Assembly: GCA_965237525.1 (NCBI GenBank)
Contig: CBDEFO010000008.1
Location: 448,001-512,000 of the forward strand
From: Candidatus Latescibacterota bacterium
GTDB lineage: Bacteria; Latescibacterota; CBDEFO01
Reading direction: 5' to 3'
Length of the DNA: 64,000 nt
The position numbers and the translations under genes were made by a program. Position 1 is the stretch's first letter. Each line of letters begins with the position of its first letter. Below the pieces are notes generated by a model. It saw only the letters and a program-made list of their open reading frames with translations, ran no database searches and had not been told where the DNA came from. Of the stretch, positions 42,023 to 53,041 are shown in pieces.

Positions 42023-42610
42023 TCAGATTCGACTCTTCATCAAAGTCAAGGCTCTAAGACCGTAACTTGCCAAAGACATTGTCACAAAGATCATCGCCAA
42101 AAGAAGGAGAGGCAACTTCATAAAATCAATTTCCAGAACGTAGCACAACAGCAGAATCCACAGTATATTGACTGTTGCTCTGCCCCACTTGTTCGCTGTC
42201 ATAATTATCTTCCTTTTGCCTATTACGGACAGTCCCGCGATCGCTATAAGAATATCCTTCCCCACGATAACAAACGCCATCCACATCGGAAAGCTTCTAT
42301 AATAGACTAACATGAATGCTAAGAAGCCCAGTGTTATCTTATCTACCAGGGGATCTAGAATCTTTCCCAAATTTGTGGTTTCACCTCGCCTCCTTGCCAA
42401 GTAACCATCCAGACAGTCGCTGAGCATCGCAAGAGCAATAAGGAGCAAGGTTATATATCGGTACCACGGCTGCTCCTCTTGAACACAGAGCAATATAAAG
42501 GGTAGCAATGCGAGCCGCGAAACGCTCAAAATGTTCGACAGAGTAAAGACATCATGTCTGTTCTCTGTTACCTGGGGTCCATCTTCCACTTTAAGCTGTG
42601 GCGCGGGCAT
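42023..42610 (-). CDS. CDP-alcohol phosphatidyltransferase (PgsA-like)
   Basis: NILSVSR and DCLDGYLARR..LGKILDPLVDK motifs. Confidence 0.88.
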   Translation of the reverse strand: MPAPQLKVEDGPQVTENRHDVFTLSNILSVSRLALLPFILLCVQEEQPWYRYITLLLIALAMLSDCLDGYLARRRGETTNLGKILDPLVDKITLGFLAFMLVYYRSFPMWMAFVIVGKDILIAIAGLSVIGKRKIIMTANKWGRATVNILWILLLCYVLEIDFMKLPLLLLAMIFVTMSLASYGLRALTLMKSRI

Positions 42611-44066
42611 GCGTAGCTTTTCCCCCTTGAAACAAAGATGTGAAGACCATATACACGAAACCCGCTTGAAACAACAGCAAAAACGGCAGTGAAGCGAATA
42701 ACTGATTGGTCAATGCAAACAAAGTGGAAAAGGAGCAATAGAGAGCCAAAAAGAGCTCCATAAAAGACAGTCTCTTTCCGTTTGTATAAACCTTATCCCT
42801 CCAGCTGTCGCCCCTATCCACTATGTGGTATTTAGGTGTCCTTGTAAACCCCGTCCGGTGGTTCAATAGCGCTTCCAGGACAGCCCTGGCGTTGTTGACA
42901 CATAGTCCTATGCCCAGAGACATAAGACCAGGAAGATACTTGATCATTCGTTTCCAGTTTGCATAGATCTCCTTCTGCGAGGAGATGTAGAACCAGGAGA
43001 TGGCCCCTGTTGCTGCCCATAAGAGCGGAATGTCTATCAGAATTCCCTTCTGCCATCCCATATCGGCCCTAATGATCAAAACCGGAAGGATCAAGAGCGT
43101 CAAGAGGAACATGAATAGGTAAGAAAGGTTGTTAGTCAGATGGAACAGAGCTTCAAGTTTCACGTGGAAAGGCAGTTTGGTCCTTAAGAGTTGCGGTAGT
43201 AGCTTCTTGGCTGTCTGAATAGAGCCTTTTGACCACCTGTGCTGCTGAGACTTAAAGGCGTCTATCTCCACCGGCAGCTCCGCAGGAGACACCACATCAT
43301 CAAGGAACACAAACTTCCATCCTCCCATCTGAGCCCTGTAGCTCAAATCCAGATCTTCAGTTAAGGTGTCGTGCTGCCATCCTCCCGAAGATAATATACA
43401 GTCTTTCCTCCATATGCCTGCGGTCCCGTTGAAGTTGAAGAACCTTTCAGACCTGTTCCTTGCGTTGTGTTCAATCACAAAGTGTCCGTCCAGAAACATG
43501 GCCTGAATCTTTGTCAAAAGGCTGTAATCGCTGTTCAAATGTCCCCATCTCGTCTGAACCATCCCGACTTCTTTATCCGCAAAATGGTCTATCGTTCTTA
43601 CAAGGAAATCCCTGCCCGGCACGAAATCTGCGTCAAATATCGCTATAAAGTCCCCCTTGGCCCTTATTAGACCTCCCGCCAGCGCGCCGGCTTTGAATCC
43701 CTTCCGGTTGTGTCTGGGTATATAAGATATATCGTGGCCTTTTGCCTTCAAGTCCTCTACTGTATTCTGGGCTATTTTTGCCGTCACGTCCGTCGAATCA
43801 TCCAGAACCTGTATCTCCAGAAGTTCCTCAGGGTAGTCTATCTTAGATACCGCTCTTATCAATCGTTCTACCACGTATCTTTCGTTATAGATGGGAAGTT
43901 GAACCGTAACCTGGGGAGGAGAAGGGAAGATCCCTTTTGGCTTGGGAACTTTGCGTTTGTGCTTATAGTACAAAATTACCATCAAATGCCGGTGAAGACC
44001 ATATATCGACAGAATCACTATCACTGCAAAGTATGCCAGAAGGCATAGGGTTTGCCACCATTCCAT
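42591..44066 (-). CDS. Membrane GT2 glycosyltransferase (cellulose-synthase-like)
   Basis: QLPIYNE, DDS, KAG, FDAD, TED and QQHRW motifs; several TM segments. Confidence 0.9.
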   Translation of the reverse strand: MEWWQTLCLLAYFAVIVILSIYGLHRHLMVILYYKHKRKVPKPKGIFPSPPQVTVQLPIYNERYVVERLIRAVSKIDYPEELLEIQVLDDSTDVTAKIAQNTVEDLKAKGHDISYIPRHNRKGFKAGALAGGLIRAKGDFIAIFDADFVPGRDFLVRTIDHFADKEVGMVQTRWGHLNSDYSLLTKIQAMFLDGHFVIEHNARNRSERFFNFNGTAGIWRKDCILSSGGWQHDTLTEDLDLSYRAQMGGWKFVFLDDVVSPAELPVEIDAFKSQQHRWSKGSIQTAKKLLPQLLRTKLPFHVKLEALFHLTNNLSYLFMFLLTLLILPVLIIRADMGWQKGILIDIPLLWAATGAISWFYISSQKEIYANWKRMIKYLPGLMSLGIGLCVNNARAVLEALLNHRTGFTRTPKYHIVDRGDSWRDKVYTNGKRLSFMELFLALYCSFSTLFALTNQLFASLPFLLLFQAGFVYMVFTSLFQGGKATHARATA

Positions 44067-44210
44067 TCAGCTTTCTCCAGATACCAGACCAGAAGGGAAT
44101 ACTCTTAAATCGACTTAACTAATAAATGGTGCGCCTCTGCTATTGTCAAGCGCTTACTCGACGAAACCTCCGTATCTTTGACGAACGATCTTACCTTTAG
44201 TTTCAACAGG

Positions 44211-44942
44211 TCAGGGATTATGGTTACTTTTCCCCGTTGACAGCAACCTCAGCGAAACTCCCCCGTATATCGAGAAGAACCTGTCCGCCTGGTTGAACCT
44301 GGCCTTGCTTCCTGCTGTGTACCTGACTCCTCCATCTATTGAAAAAGGGATGAGCGACGGTCTGATCTTGATCCCTAGGAGGCCGTGCCCTGTTGTCCTC
44401 ACACTTATATCAGTTACCTGATCTGCATCTAGGCTCCCTGTCCATTCCTCCACATTGGCGGAGATGATTTCTCGGGACAGGGCCGGCCTCAGGGCGTTAA
44501 AGCCTGCTCCTGCACCGCTGTAGATAGTCAGGCCTTTTACTCCTTTGGGAAAGCTCACCAGATCCTGCGTCAAAGTCGCATAGAACCCCATCCTCAAAAA
44601 TGTCCCTGTTCCCGCAAGGGACTCCAGATTGTCCATATTAGTGAAGGTAAATTGATAATCGTCCGCTGCTCCGTCGAAGCTCAATTCTACTGAAGTCTTC
44701 GGAAGAATGTTCAAGTATATCCGTCCCCCGAATATTTGAGGATTCTCGATCTCCTCTCTTATCAGATTCACCTTTGTCTTTCCATTCTTCAATAGAAAAT
44801 CCTGGCCATTTTGCTCATCCACAGAGTAGATGTCGAAACCCTGGTAGATTCCAGCGCCGCCGATGGTAACTTGAGCATTCGAATCGGCAGAACTCAAAAG
44901 AAAAGATAGGGAGAGTAGGACTGCAAGAAAGCTCTTTGTCAT
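44211..44942 (-). CDS. Secreted, probably outer-membrane beta-barrel, hypothetical protein
   Basis: Signal peptide and alternating beta-strand pattern. Confidence 0.6.
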   Translation of the reverse strand: MTKSFLAVLLSLSFLLSSADSNAQVTIGGAGIYQGFDIYSVDEQNGQDFLLKNGKTKVNLIREEIENPQIFGGRIYLNILPKTSVELSFDGAADDYQFTFTNMDNLESLAGTGTFLRMGFYATLTQDLVSFPKGVKGLTIYSGAGAGFNALRPALSREIISANVEEWTGSLDADQVTDISVRTTGHGLLGIKIRPSLIPFSIDGGVRYTAGSKARFNQADRFFSIYGGVSLRLLSTGKSNHNP

Positions 44943-44991
44943 AGTTTCTGCCGATTGTTAGGAGTCCTTAGTCATAAGTCAGGACAGAATC

Positions 44992-46434
44992 TCACTTCCT
45001 CCAGAACTCAGGCGTGAAGAGGACCAGCACAGTGAAAAGTTCGAGCCTTCCCAGAAGCATGCATACCGACAGCACCCACTTGCCTGCAGTAGGAATGTGC
45101 GCATAATTATCTGTAGGACCTATAGATCCAAGGCCCGGACCTATGTTCCCCAGGGTAGCCGCCGCCGCCGTCAACGCGCTGACTATGTCCAAGCCCAAAA
45201 GCGACATTATCAAAGTCGCAGCAAAAAATGAGAACATATAGACGATAAAGAAACTCAAGACGTTTCCTACCACATCGGCTGGAATGCTCCTGCCGCCTAA
45301 CCTGACCGGGATCACTGCCTCTGGATGGATCAGTCTCTTCAACTCAACTATGCTCTGCTTGAAAAGGAGTATCACCCGTATATTCTTGATACTTCCGCCC
45401 GTCGAACCTGCGCATCCTCCCACAAACATCAAGCCAAAAAGCATAAACTGAGAGAGATACGACCACCCCTCAAAATCCGCTGTCCCAAAGCCTGTCGTTG
45501 TGGTGATGGAGGCCGATTGAAAGAGTGCCGCTCTGATTGAAAGTCCGATGTCATCGTAGGTTCGAATTCCTATGTCCAGACCGATTATCAGCGTTGCGAT
45601 CCCGACTATACTTATATAGAACAGGAATTCTTTGTCCTGGAGGTAGCACTTCCAATTGCCTTTTAAAAACCTGTAGTGCAGAGCAAAGTTCGTCCCCGCT
45701 ATAAGCATAAATATTATGATCACAAAGTCGAGGTAGGCACTGTCGAAGTGTCCTATACTCATATTTTTGGTCGAAAATCCCCCCGTAGCCATAGTTCCAA
45801 ACGCATGGCAAAGGGAGTCAAAAAACGACATCCCGCCCGCCATCAAAAGGACCGTCTCGATTCCTGAAAAGAGGACGTAGACTCCCCATAGGATCTTTGC
45901 CGTGCTTTGAACCCTCGGACTCAGCTTGTCGGAGACGGGACCTGGGACCTCAGCTTTGAACAGCTGCATACCGCCCACGCCCAACATGGGCAGGATAGCC
46001 AAAGACAGAACTATAATCCCCATTCCGCCGAGCCAGTGGGTCAGACTCCTCCAGAAGAGGATCCCCCGTGGAATGCCCTCTATATCGGTTAAGATCGTCG
46101 CCCCTGTCGTCGTCATACCCGACATAGTCTCAAAATAGGCGTCCGTAGGTGAATCCACAGTCCCGGAAAGCAAGAAAGGGAGCGCGCCGAACGCCGCCAT
46201 AACCACCCATCCTAAGGTCACCACGGCAAAACTGTCTCTTATCCCTAATTCCTGCTCCACTTTCATCGTGCTCCAGGCCAAAAGACCCGCAGCCATGGAT
46301 ATGAGCGCGGAGGAGCCTAGTGCAGTTGCGTCGCCATCCCCGAAATAGAGCGAAAACCCCAAGGGGAAGAGCATTGACAGCCCAAGGAAGAAGAGCAAGG
46401 CACCCAGGATATGCACTACGGCCTTGATATTCAT
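44992..46434 (-). CDS. trkH: Trk potassium uptake membrane protein
   Basis: FETMSGMTTTG, ATGGFS, TTTGFG, GCAGSTGG and GRLE motifs. Confidence 0.95.
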   Translation of the reverse strand: MNIKAVVHILGALLFFLGLSMLFPLGFSLYFGDGDATALGSSALISMAAGLLAWSTMKVEQELGIRDSFAVVTLGWVVMAAFGALPFLLSGTVDSPTDAYFETMSGMTTTGATILTDIEGIPRGILFWRSLTHWLGGMGIIVLSLAILPMLGVGGMQLFKAEVPGPVSDKLSPRVQSTAKILWGVYVLFSGIETVLLMAGGMSFFDSLCHAFGTMATGGFSTKNMSIGHFDSAYLDFVIIIFMLIAGTNFALHYRFLKGNWKCYLQDKEFLFYISIVGIATLIIGLDIGIRTYDDIGLSIRAALFQSASITTTTGFGTADFEGWSYLSQFMLFGLMFVGGCAGSTGGSIKNIRVILLFKQSIVELKRLIHPEAVIPVRLGGRSIPADVVGNVLSFFIVYMFSFFAATLIMSLLGLDIVSALTAAAATLGNIGPGLGSIGPTDNYAHIPTAGKWVLSVCMLLGRLELFTVLVLFTPEFWRK

Positions 46435-46436
46435 AT

Positions 46437-47789
46437 CTAAGCTTGAACTACCTTGTCAGCGAGCCGCTCAGGCCTTTTCCAATTCTCTATGCTCTCCTCC
46501 AGATACTCTCTCACCTGATTGATCTTCACTCTGATCTGCTCCATGGTATCCCTGTCCCTCACCGTCACCGTGTTGTCCGCTTTGGTCTCTGAATCCACCG
46601 TAATACAGTAAGGCGTGCCCACTTCGTCCATCCTCCTGTATCGCCTGCCGACCGCCCCGTTCTCGTCGTAGAAGACCCTCAAGTGCCTCCTCAAATCCAC
46701 CTCTATCTCTCTGGCTATTTCAGGCATGTCGTCCCTCTTGACCAGAGGAAATATCCCCGCCTTTATCGGAGCCAATCTCGGATGGAGCCTCAAGATGACC
46801 CTCGGGCGGCCCTTTACCATCTCCTCATCGTAGCCGTCTATCAGACACACAAGCACAGTCCTTGTCAACCCCGCTGCTGTCTCTACAACGTAAGGAATGT
46901 AGCTTTCCCTGGTCTCCTCGTCGAAATAGGACATATCCCTTCCAGAGTATTCCTGATGTCTCTTCAGGTCGAAGTCCGTCCTATTGTGGATGCCCTCCAG
47001 TTCGGCCCAGCCGAAGGGGAACTCGTATTCGATGTCGATAACCCTCTTGGCGTAGTGAGCAAGTTCGTCAGCCCCATGCTCCCTGAACCTTAATCTCTCA
47101 GGGTTTATGCCTATGTTCTTGTAGTACGCTGTTCTATCTTCCTTCCACGCTTCGAACCATCCCTCATCTGTGCCTGGTTTGACGAAGTATTGCATCTCCA
47201 TCTGCTCGAACTCACGGGTCCGAAAGGTAAAATTACCGGGAGTTATTTCGTTTCTGAACGCCTTCCCTACCTGAGCTATGCCGAAGGGTATCTTCCTGCG
47301 CATCGCATTCATCACGTTCTGATAGTTCACGTAGCTCCCCTGCGCCGTCTCAGGTCTTAGATATGTCACATTCGAATCGTCATCGACAGGGCCCAGAAAC
47401 GTCTTGAACATCAGATTAAACTGTCTTGCCCCTGTCAACTCTCCGCCGCAAGAAGGGCAGACTTCCTCCTCAAAATCATCGGCCTTGAATCTGCGCTTAC
47501 AGATCTTGCAGTCCACCATCGGGTCGGTGAAGCTCTCCACGTGCCCTGAGGCCTCCCAGACGCTCGGATGCATCAGGATGCTCGTCTCCACCCCCTCTAC
47601 GTCACTGTGCAGCTGAGTTATCCAGAACCACCAGTAATCGTGTACGTTTCTCTTCAACTCTACTCCCAACGGCCCGTAGTCCCAGCAACTGTTCAGCCCA
47701 CCGTAGATCTCACTGTTCTGAAATATAAACCCCTTCCTCTTGCAGAGCGAGACTATCTTATCCATCTGGTCGTTCGTATTTTGGGACAT
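46437..47789 (-). CDS. glyQS: Glycine--tRNA ligase (alpha2 type)
   Basis: LRPETAQG, FRNEITPG..FRTREFEQ and ELEGIH motifs. Confidence 0.96.
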   Translation of the reverse strand: MSQNTNDQMDKIVSLCKRKGFIFQNSEIYGGLNSCWDYGPLGVELKRNVHDYWWFWITQLHSDVEGVETSILMHPSVWEASGHVESFTDPMVDCKICKRRFKADDFEEEVCPSCGGELTGARQFNLMFKTFLGPVDDDSNVTYLRPETAQGSYVNYQNVMNAMRRKIPFGIAQVGKAFRNEITPGNFTFRTREFEQMEMQYFVKPGTDEGWFEAWKEDRTAYYKNIGINPERLRFREHGADELAHYAKRVIDIEYEFPFGWAELEGIHNRTDFDLKRHQEYSGRDMSYFDEETRESYIPYVVETAAGLTRTVLVCLIDGYDEEMVKGRPRVILRLHPRLAPIKAGIFPLVKRDDMPEIAREIEVDLRRHLRVFYDENGAVGRRYRRMDEVGTPYCITVDSETKADNTVTVRDRDTMEQIRVKINQVREYLEESIENWKRPERLADKVVQA

Positions 47790-48588
47790 ATCTCCTCATC
47801 TGTTCCAACACTTGTAAAGATTTTAGCTTTCTATGATCGCCTATATGATATTCCAGGTAAGAGGTCAGAAGATTCCCCACCTCAGATTCGAGAGGATGTG
47901 AAGTCCGTATATTCACCACATTCGATGTATTAGCCATTCTCAAACTCTCCAGGAACCTTACGGTCCCGAGATTCACTTCCATTGCCCCTGCATCGTTCTT
48001 TGAGCACTTTCTGCATAGAAGTCCACCCAGGACCATGCTGAACATAATCTTTGTCGAAGGTCTATTCCGTGTGGAGTCCGGCTCCTTCCTGCAAGACACA
48101 CACACACAAAAATCGGGCTGATAACCTAAAATTCCTATAGCCTTCAACTGAAAATGCCAGAGCACGTTTTCCATGGTCTCGGAACGACTTTCCTCCATTT
48201 TCAACAGACAATCTTCCAGTGTCCGATAGAATTTGAAGTTGGATTCGTTCTCCGCCGTCAGTCTTTCCGTAAGTTCGCACAGAGCACTCCCGTAAGATAA
48301 CTTCTCCAAATTGTCTTTCAATCCTCCGAAAGGATGGACAATATCCGTCTGACTCAGGGTCTGCAGGTCCCTGTTTTCCTTCCTGTAGAACACAAGAAAG
48401 ATCGACGTTATCGGCTCCAGGCTCGCTCCGAACTTGCTCTTTGGGCTTCTGGCTCCCTTTGCTACGACCTTCATCTTTCCGAAAGCCTTAGTGTAGAGCG
48501 TCGCTATCTTACTGGTTTCACCTAACTTATGAGTCCTGAGGACTATCCCTTCAGTCTTACATATCCCCATCCTATTTCCACTCTCCAT
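47758..48588 (-). CDS. recO: DNA repair protein RecO
   Basis: EGIVLR..GETSKI..AKGAR..SKF motif and a CxxC..CxxC zinc site. Confidence 0.92.
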   Translation of the reverse strand: MESGNRMGICKTEGIVLRTHKLGETSKIATLYTKAFGKMKVVAKGARSPKSKFGASLEPITSIFLVFYRKENRDLQTLSQTDIVHPFGGLKDNLEKLSYGSALCELTERLTAENESNFKFYRTLEDCLLKMEESRSETMENVLWHFQLKAIGILGYQPDFCVCVSCRKEPDSTRNRPSTKIMFSMVLGGLLCRKCSKNDAGAMEVNLGTVRFLESLRMANTSNVVNIRTSHPLESEVGNLLTSYLEYHIGDHRKLKSLQVLEQMRRYVPKYERPDG

Positions 48589-48955
48589 CCCAGCTTATTC
48601 GATACACCGTCTCCCCTTCCTTATGCATCCCGTATTCCTCCCTGGCTATTTTCTCTATATAAGTCATATCGTTCTGTAAGAGCTCTATTTCCCTTTCCAA
48701 TCTCTCATTATCCTCCTTCAGGTCATCTATATCCTCCTTGAGACTTGCAATCTGAGCCTTTTGACGCCATATCCTGTAAAAGCCGTAGTCTCCGCCTACA
48801 AATATGTATGTAACCAGTATAGTGCCGAGCAGAATGAACGCACTTTTTATCTTTTTCTTTTTAAAGAGGGGCGGTCTCCTTGCCATTTGATAGAGCTGGC
48901 TTTTTCTCTTCAAATTCATCCTTTTTGACCCTATCTTTACAGGATCAGACGTCAC
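48572..48955 (-). CDS. ftsB: Septum formation initiator FtsB/DivIC
   Basis: TM, GDYG, coiled coil and [16 protein letters not shown] motifs. Confidence 0.85.
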   Translation of the reverse strand: MTSDPVKIGSKRMNLKRKSQLYQMARRPPLFKKKKIKSAFILLGTILVTYIFVGGDYGFYRIWRQKAQIASLKEDIDDLKEDNERLEREIELLQNDMTYIEKIAREEYGMHKEGETVYRISWDGEWK

Positions 48956-49346
48956 GGAGTCGACGTTCGACTTCTTTGGAATCTATGACCCAGCTCCCAT
49001 TTTCCATACGTCTGTAGAAACACGATCTATATCCCATATGACACGCCCCTCCGCCCTCCTGTGCTATCTTAAAGAGCAAGGCGTCTCCATCGCAATCTAA
49101 CATAATCTCTTTCACTTCTTGGATATTTCCGGACGTTTCCCCCTTAATCCAGAGTTCCTTCCTGCTTCTGCTCCAGTAGGTCATCCTCCCCGACTTCAGC
49201 GTCATCCTCAGGCTCTGCCTGTTCATATAAGCCACCATCAGGACCTCTCCTGACTCGAAGTCCTGTGCTATGGCTGCAACCAAGCCCTGCTCATCGAATT
49301 TGACTTGATCTATTATGTCCAGTTTTCTACTCCCGCAACTGGCCAT
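48945..49346 (-). CDS. hisI: Phosphoribosyl-AMP cyclohydrolase
   Basis: WSRSR..LW.KGETSG, DCDGD and ACH.G..SCF motifs. Confidence 0.95.
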   Translation of the reverse strand: MASCGSRKLDIIDQVKFDEQGLVAAIAQDFESGEVLMVAYMNRQSLRMTLKSGRMTYWSRSRKELWIKGETSGNIQEVKEIMLDCDGDALLFKIAQEGGGACHMGYRSCFYRRMENGSWVIDSKEVERRLRDV

Positions 49347-50604
49347 CTCCGTAGACCACCCATTTGTACGTCGTCAGACTCTCAGCGCCCATAGGGCCCC
49401 TTGCATGGAGCTTATCAGTGCTGATGCCTACCTCAGCCCCCAAACCGTAAATCGCCCCATCGCTCAGTCGGGTCGAAGCGTTCACCATCACAGAGGACGA
49501 ATCGACGCTCATAACGAACTTTCTAGCCTTGAAATAGTTATCTGTTACGATAGCGTCGGTGTGATGCGATCCGTATACATCTATATGATCCATCGCCTCA
49601 TCTATGCTATCAACCACCGCCACCGCCAGTATCAGATCCAGATATTCGGCGTACCAATCCTCTTGGGTCGCCGCCTGGGTTCTGTCCCCGATAGATTCAA
49701 TCGGGGACAGAATATTTCTGGTCCTTTCACAGCCCCTGATCTCCACACCTGCCTCTTCGAGCTTTTGAGCTATTTTGGGAAGGAAAGAATCTGCCACTTT
49801 GGAGTTCACCAAGAGTGTCTCCATCGCGTTGCAGACCCCCGGGCGCTGAGCCTTGGCGTTATACGCGATTCTTAAGGCCATATCCAAATCTGCCTCATCG
49901 TCTACGTAAACGTGGCAGACTCCGTCGTAGTGCTTTATGACGGGAATGAGCGAATTGTCCATCACCGTCTTGATCAGGCCCTTTCCTCCTCTTGGGACTA
50001 CAAGATCGATAAGGCCCTCTGCCTTGAGCATCTCGATCACAGCTTTTCTCTCCGTCGTCTCGATAAGATTTATCGCTCTCTCGGGGAGACCTGCAGACTC
50101 GGCGGCGTCCGACAATATATTAGCTATGCAGACATTGGAAAAGAGCGCCTCAGACCCGCCTCTTAGGATCACGGCGTTCCCCGATTTAACGCACAGTCCC
50201 GCAGCGTCCGCCGTCACGTTCGGCCTCGATTCATATACGATCCCAATAACTCCTATAGGGACCCTCATTTTCCCCACCTCCATACCGTTTGGGCGCCTCC
50301 TCAGCTCCTCCACAGCTCCGATGGGATCGGGCTGTATCGCTATCTCCCTGAGGCCTGTTGCCATATCTCCTATTCTCTTATCGTCCAACTTTAGCCTATC
50401 GACTATAGCCCCGGGAAGCCCGCTTTTCCTGGCTTCCTCTAAATCTTTATTATTCTCCTGTTTTATCCTTTCAGCATTTTCAATCAAGCCCGAAGCCATA
50501 GTCTCCAATGCGTTATCCTTAACCTTCATAGGCACACAGCTCAGCTTTTGCGCCGCTATCTTTGCAGCCTTAGCCATATCTGACACATATCTCTTCACAT
50601 CCAT
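49327..50604 (-). CDS. proA: Gamma-glutamyl phosphate reductase
   Basis: [25 protein letters not shown] and KLHARGPMG motifs; likely ATG at 50604. Confidence 0.96.
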   Translation of the reverse strand: MDVKRYVSDMAKAAKIAAQKLSCVPMKVKDNALETMASGLIENAERIKQENNKDLEEARKSGLPGAIVDRLKLDDKRIGDMATGLREIAIQPDPIGAVEELRRRPNGMEVGKMRVPIGVIGIVYESRPNVTADAAGLCVKSGNAVILRGGSEALFSNVCIANILSDAAESAGLPERAINLIETTERKAVIEMLKAEGLIDLVVPRGGKGLIKTVMDNSLIPVIKHYDGVCHVYVDDEADLDMALRIAYNAKAQRPGVCNAMETLLVNSKVADSFLPKIAQKLEEAGVEIRGCERTRNILSPIESIGDRTQAATQEDWYAEYLDLILAVAVVDSIDEAMDHIDVYGSHHTDAIVTDNYFKARKFVMSVDSSSVMVNASTRLSDGAIYGLGAEVGISTDKLHARGPMGAESLTTYKWVVYGDGQLRE

Positions 50605-50619
50605 TTTGCGCTCCCTGCC

Positions 50620-50700
50620 AGATTGCTTCGGGGCTTTGCCCCTCGCAATGAATGAAGTCCGAAGCCCAGAGCGAAGGGAAGGTTCAGCCAAACAATCTCC
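50620..50700. repeat. Degenerate palindromic intergenic repeat (GATTGC..GCAAT type)
   Basis: AGATTGCTTCGGGGCTTTGCCCCTCGCAATGA hairpin plus a distal CAATCTC. Confidence 0.5.
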
Positions 50701-50723
50701 TCTGTCTACTGTATTTAACTCAA

Positions 50724-51860
50724 TCAGACTAAAACCACTATATCATCTCTGTGGATCACCTCATCGTCCCTGCGGTAACCGAGGGTATCCTCTATCTCTG
50801 ACGATCTCCTGCCTCGTATCTTATCTACTTCAGCGCAGGAATATCTGGCCAAGCCCCGCGCCAATTCCGTGCCCGATTCGTCCTGGACCACCACCATCTC
50901 TCCTGCATCAAAATTCCCCCTTATTCCCACAATCCCCGATGGCAGGAGACTCTTGCCCCCTTTTACAATAGCCCTGACTGCTCCTGCATCCACGATTAGG
51001 GATCCTTCTCCTCCGATAGCGAAGGCTATCCACCTCTTTCTGCCCGTCATCTTTTTGCGCACGGGCAAAAAGAGCGTGCCTATATTTTCCCCCTGGACTA
51101 TTTCCGACAGGCTATGTCGCTTTCCGTTAGCTATCACCAGCATCTCTCCGGACATCGTAACTATCCGGGCTGCCCTTATCTTGGCCTTGAATCCACCTAC
51201 TCCCACATCGCTTCCGGGACCTCCACAGAAGGATTCAAACTTATCGTCTATCTCTTCCACTACCTCTATTAGAGAGTGGTCGTTCTCTGATTGAACGCCC
51301 CGCCCGGGATCTCCGGAATAGAGGCCGTCTACGTCCGAGAGGATAACTAATAGCTGGGCTTCGATCAGGTTGGTGACGTACGCCGCCAGCGTATCGTTGT
51401 CCCCCACCTTGATCTCATCCATAGCCACGCTGTCGTTCGCATTAAGAACGGGCACCACCCTGTATTTGAATAGAGCCGCCAGCGTATTTCGCGCGTTCAC
51501 ATAACGCGGCCGATCTTTCATATCGTCAGCGGTGAGCAGAACCTGTGCTATTGTTATTCCATACTCCCTGAAAGCTATCTTGTAATTGTGCATTAAGAGG
51601 TTCTGACCCACAGCGGCGGCGGCCTGGAGATCAGGTATATTCACTGGCCTTTTTTTCATCCCCAGACGCCCCATCCCCGCTGAGATAGCACCTGAGGAGA
51701 CCACAGCCACCTGCATCCCTCTCCTTCTGAGACCATATATCTCTTCTGTTAGGTGTCGGATCACATCTTGGTCCAGCAAATTGTCCTGGCGGGTGATCAC
51801 CGTCGTCCCCAACTTCACAACAACGCGTCTTATATCTTTGAACAGAGTCTTTCTATCCAT
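50724..51860 (-). CDS. proB: Glutamate 5-kinase
   Basis: VVVKLGT, VSSGAI and GDNDTLA motifs; PUA domain with VIHRDD. Confidence 0.96.
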   Translation of the reverse strand: MDRKTLFKDIRRVVVKLGTTVITRQDNLLDQDVIRHLTEEIYGLRRRGMQVAVVSSGAISAGMGRLGMKKRPVNIPDLQAAAAVGQNLLMHNYKIAFREYGITIAQVLLTADDMKDRPRYVNARNTLAALFKYRVVPVLNANDSVAMDEIKVGDNDTLAAYVTNLIEAQLLVILSDVDGLYSGDPGRGVQSENDHSLIEVVEEIDDKFESFCGGPGSDVGVGGFKAKIRAARIVTMSGEMLVIANGKRHSLSEIVQGENIGTLFLPVRKKMTGRKRWIAFAIGGEGSLIVDAGAVRAIVKGGKSLLPSGIVGIRGNFDAGEMVVVQDESGTELARGLARYSCAEVDKIRGRRSSEIEDTLGYRRDDEVIHRDDIVVLV

Positions 51861-51869
51861 CGTTTCTTA

Positions 51870-51925
51870 AATAGGGGCTGACCCGCGCGTCTTCCCTGGA
51901 CAGTAGACGGGGCACCTCTGCCCTT
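51870..51925. repeat. Degenerate REP-like element plus an AGTAGAC motif
   Basis: AGGGGCTGAC-CCGCGC-GTCTTCCCT imperfect palindrome followed by GACAGTAGACGGGGCAC. Confidence 0.45.
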
Positions 51926-51945
51926 TCTCTTTGCGATCTACTGCT

Positions 51946-52962
51946 CTAAAGGTATCTTTTCTCAAGATCAAGGTAGCGCTCTATGTCTTTCATCATTGCT
52001 GAAAACTGATCGGGCAGCAGGGACTGCGCGCCGTCTGAGAACGCCTCTTCGGGATCTGGATGCACTTCTATTAGCAGTCCGTCCGCGCCTGCCGCCACGG
52101 CAGCCTTCGACATCGAATCCACCAGGCTCCTTACCCCGGTGCCATGACTGGGATCTGCGATGACCGGTAGATGGGACAGACTCTTTAAGGCCGGGATCGC
52201 CGACAGGTCGAATGTGTTCCTCGTGTAGGTCTCAAACGTCCTTATCCCCCGCTCGCACAGTATCACATCGTTGTTGCCGCCTGACACTATGTACTCCGCT
52301 GACATCAGGAGCTCCTCTATAGTAGCCATCATCCCCCGCTTGAGAAGTATCGGTTTACCCGCATTGCCCAGGCTCTTCAAGAGGGGGAAGTTTTGCATAT
52401 TTCGAGCCCCTATCTGCAGTACATCGGCGTACTCTGCCACCAAGGGAACATCATCATGAGACATGACCTCGGTCACGATCGAAAGCCCGAACTTCTCTCT
52501 GGCCTCAGCTAGAAGTTTCAATCCCTCCTCAGCCAGTCCCTGAAAGCTGTACGGCGAAGTTCGGGGCTTGAACGCCCCGCCCCTAAGAAGCTTTGCTCCA
52601 GCTTGCTTTACAGCCTCAGCTGTCTCCAATATCTGCTCTCTGCTCTCAACAGAACACGGACCTGCTATCACCGCAAACTGATCGCTCCCTACCTTGACTC
52701 CCCTCACGTCTATGATGGTCCTTTCCCTCTTTACCTCCGTTCCGACCAGCTTAAAGGGCTGCAATATCGGGACGACCCTCTGAACACCCGGTGCAGACTC
52801 CAATACCTGAAGCTGAGCCTTTTGCCTCTCATCGCCTATAGCGGCCACGACAGTCCTTTCCACACCGTAGATGGGATGAACAGAATAGCCCAATTCACTC
52901 ACGCGGTCGAAAACATGCTCTATCTGCTCCTTTGTGGCGTCCTTTTCCATAACAATAATCAT
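51946..52962 (-). CDS. aroF: DAHP synthase type I-beta
   Basis: N-terminal regulatory domain, [19 protein letters not shown] and DPSHGTG motifs. Confidence 0.95.
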   Translation of the reverse strand: MIIVMEKDATKEQIEHVFDRVSELGYSVHPIYGVERTVVAAIGDERQKAQLQVLESAPGVQRVVPILQPFKLVGTEVKRERTIIDVRGVKVGSDQFAVIAGPCSVESREQILETAEAVKQAGAKLLRGGAFKPRTSPYSFQGLAEEGLKLLAEAREKFGLSIVTEVMSHDDVPLVAEYADVLQIGARNMQNFPLLKSLGNAGKPILLKRGMMATIEELLMSAEYIVSGGNNDVILCERGIRTFETYTRNTFDLSAIPALKSLSHLPVIADPSHGTGVRSLVDSMSKAAVAAGADGLLIEVHPDPEEAFSDGAQSLLPDQFSAMMKDIERYLDLEKRYL

Positions 52963-53041
52963 CTTTGTCTCACCCGTGAAAATCAGTAGACTGTAGACAG
53001 GGCACCGCCTCCACTCCCTATTTACCGCTGCTAAATCTTCC

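Noticed and set aside
43156..43171. parS-like AGTTTCACGTGGAAAG within the GT2 gene
   Set aside because: Mismatches at both outer ends and inside coding sequence; may be chance
49937..50971. 344-aa + strand ORF
   Set aside because: Antisense shadow of proA and proB
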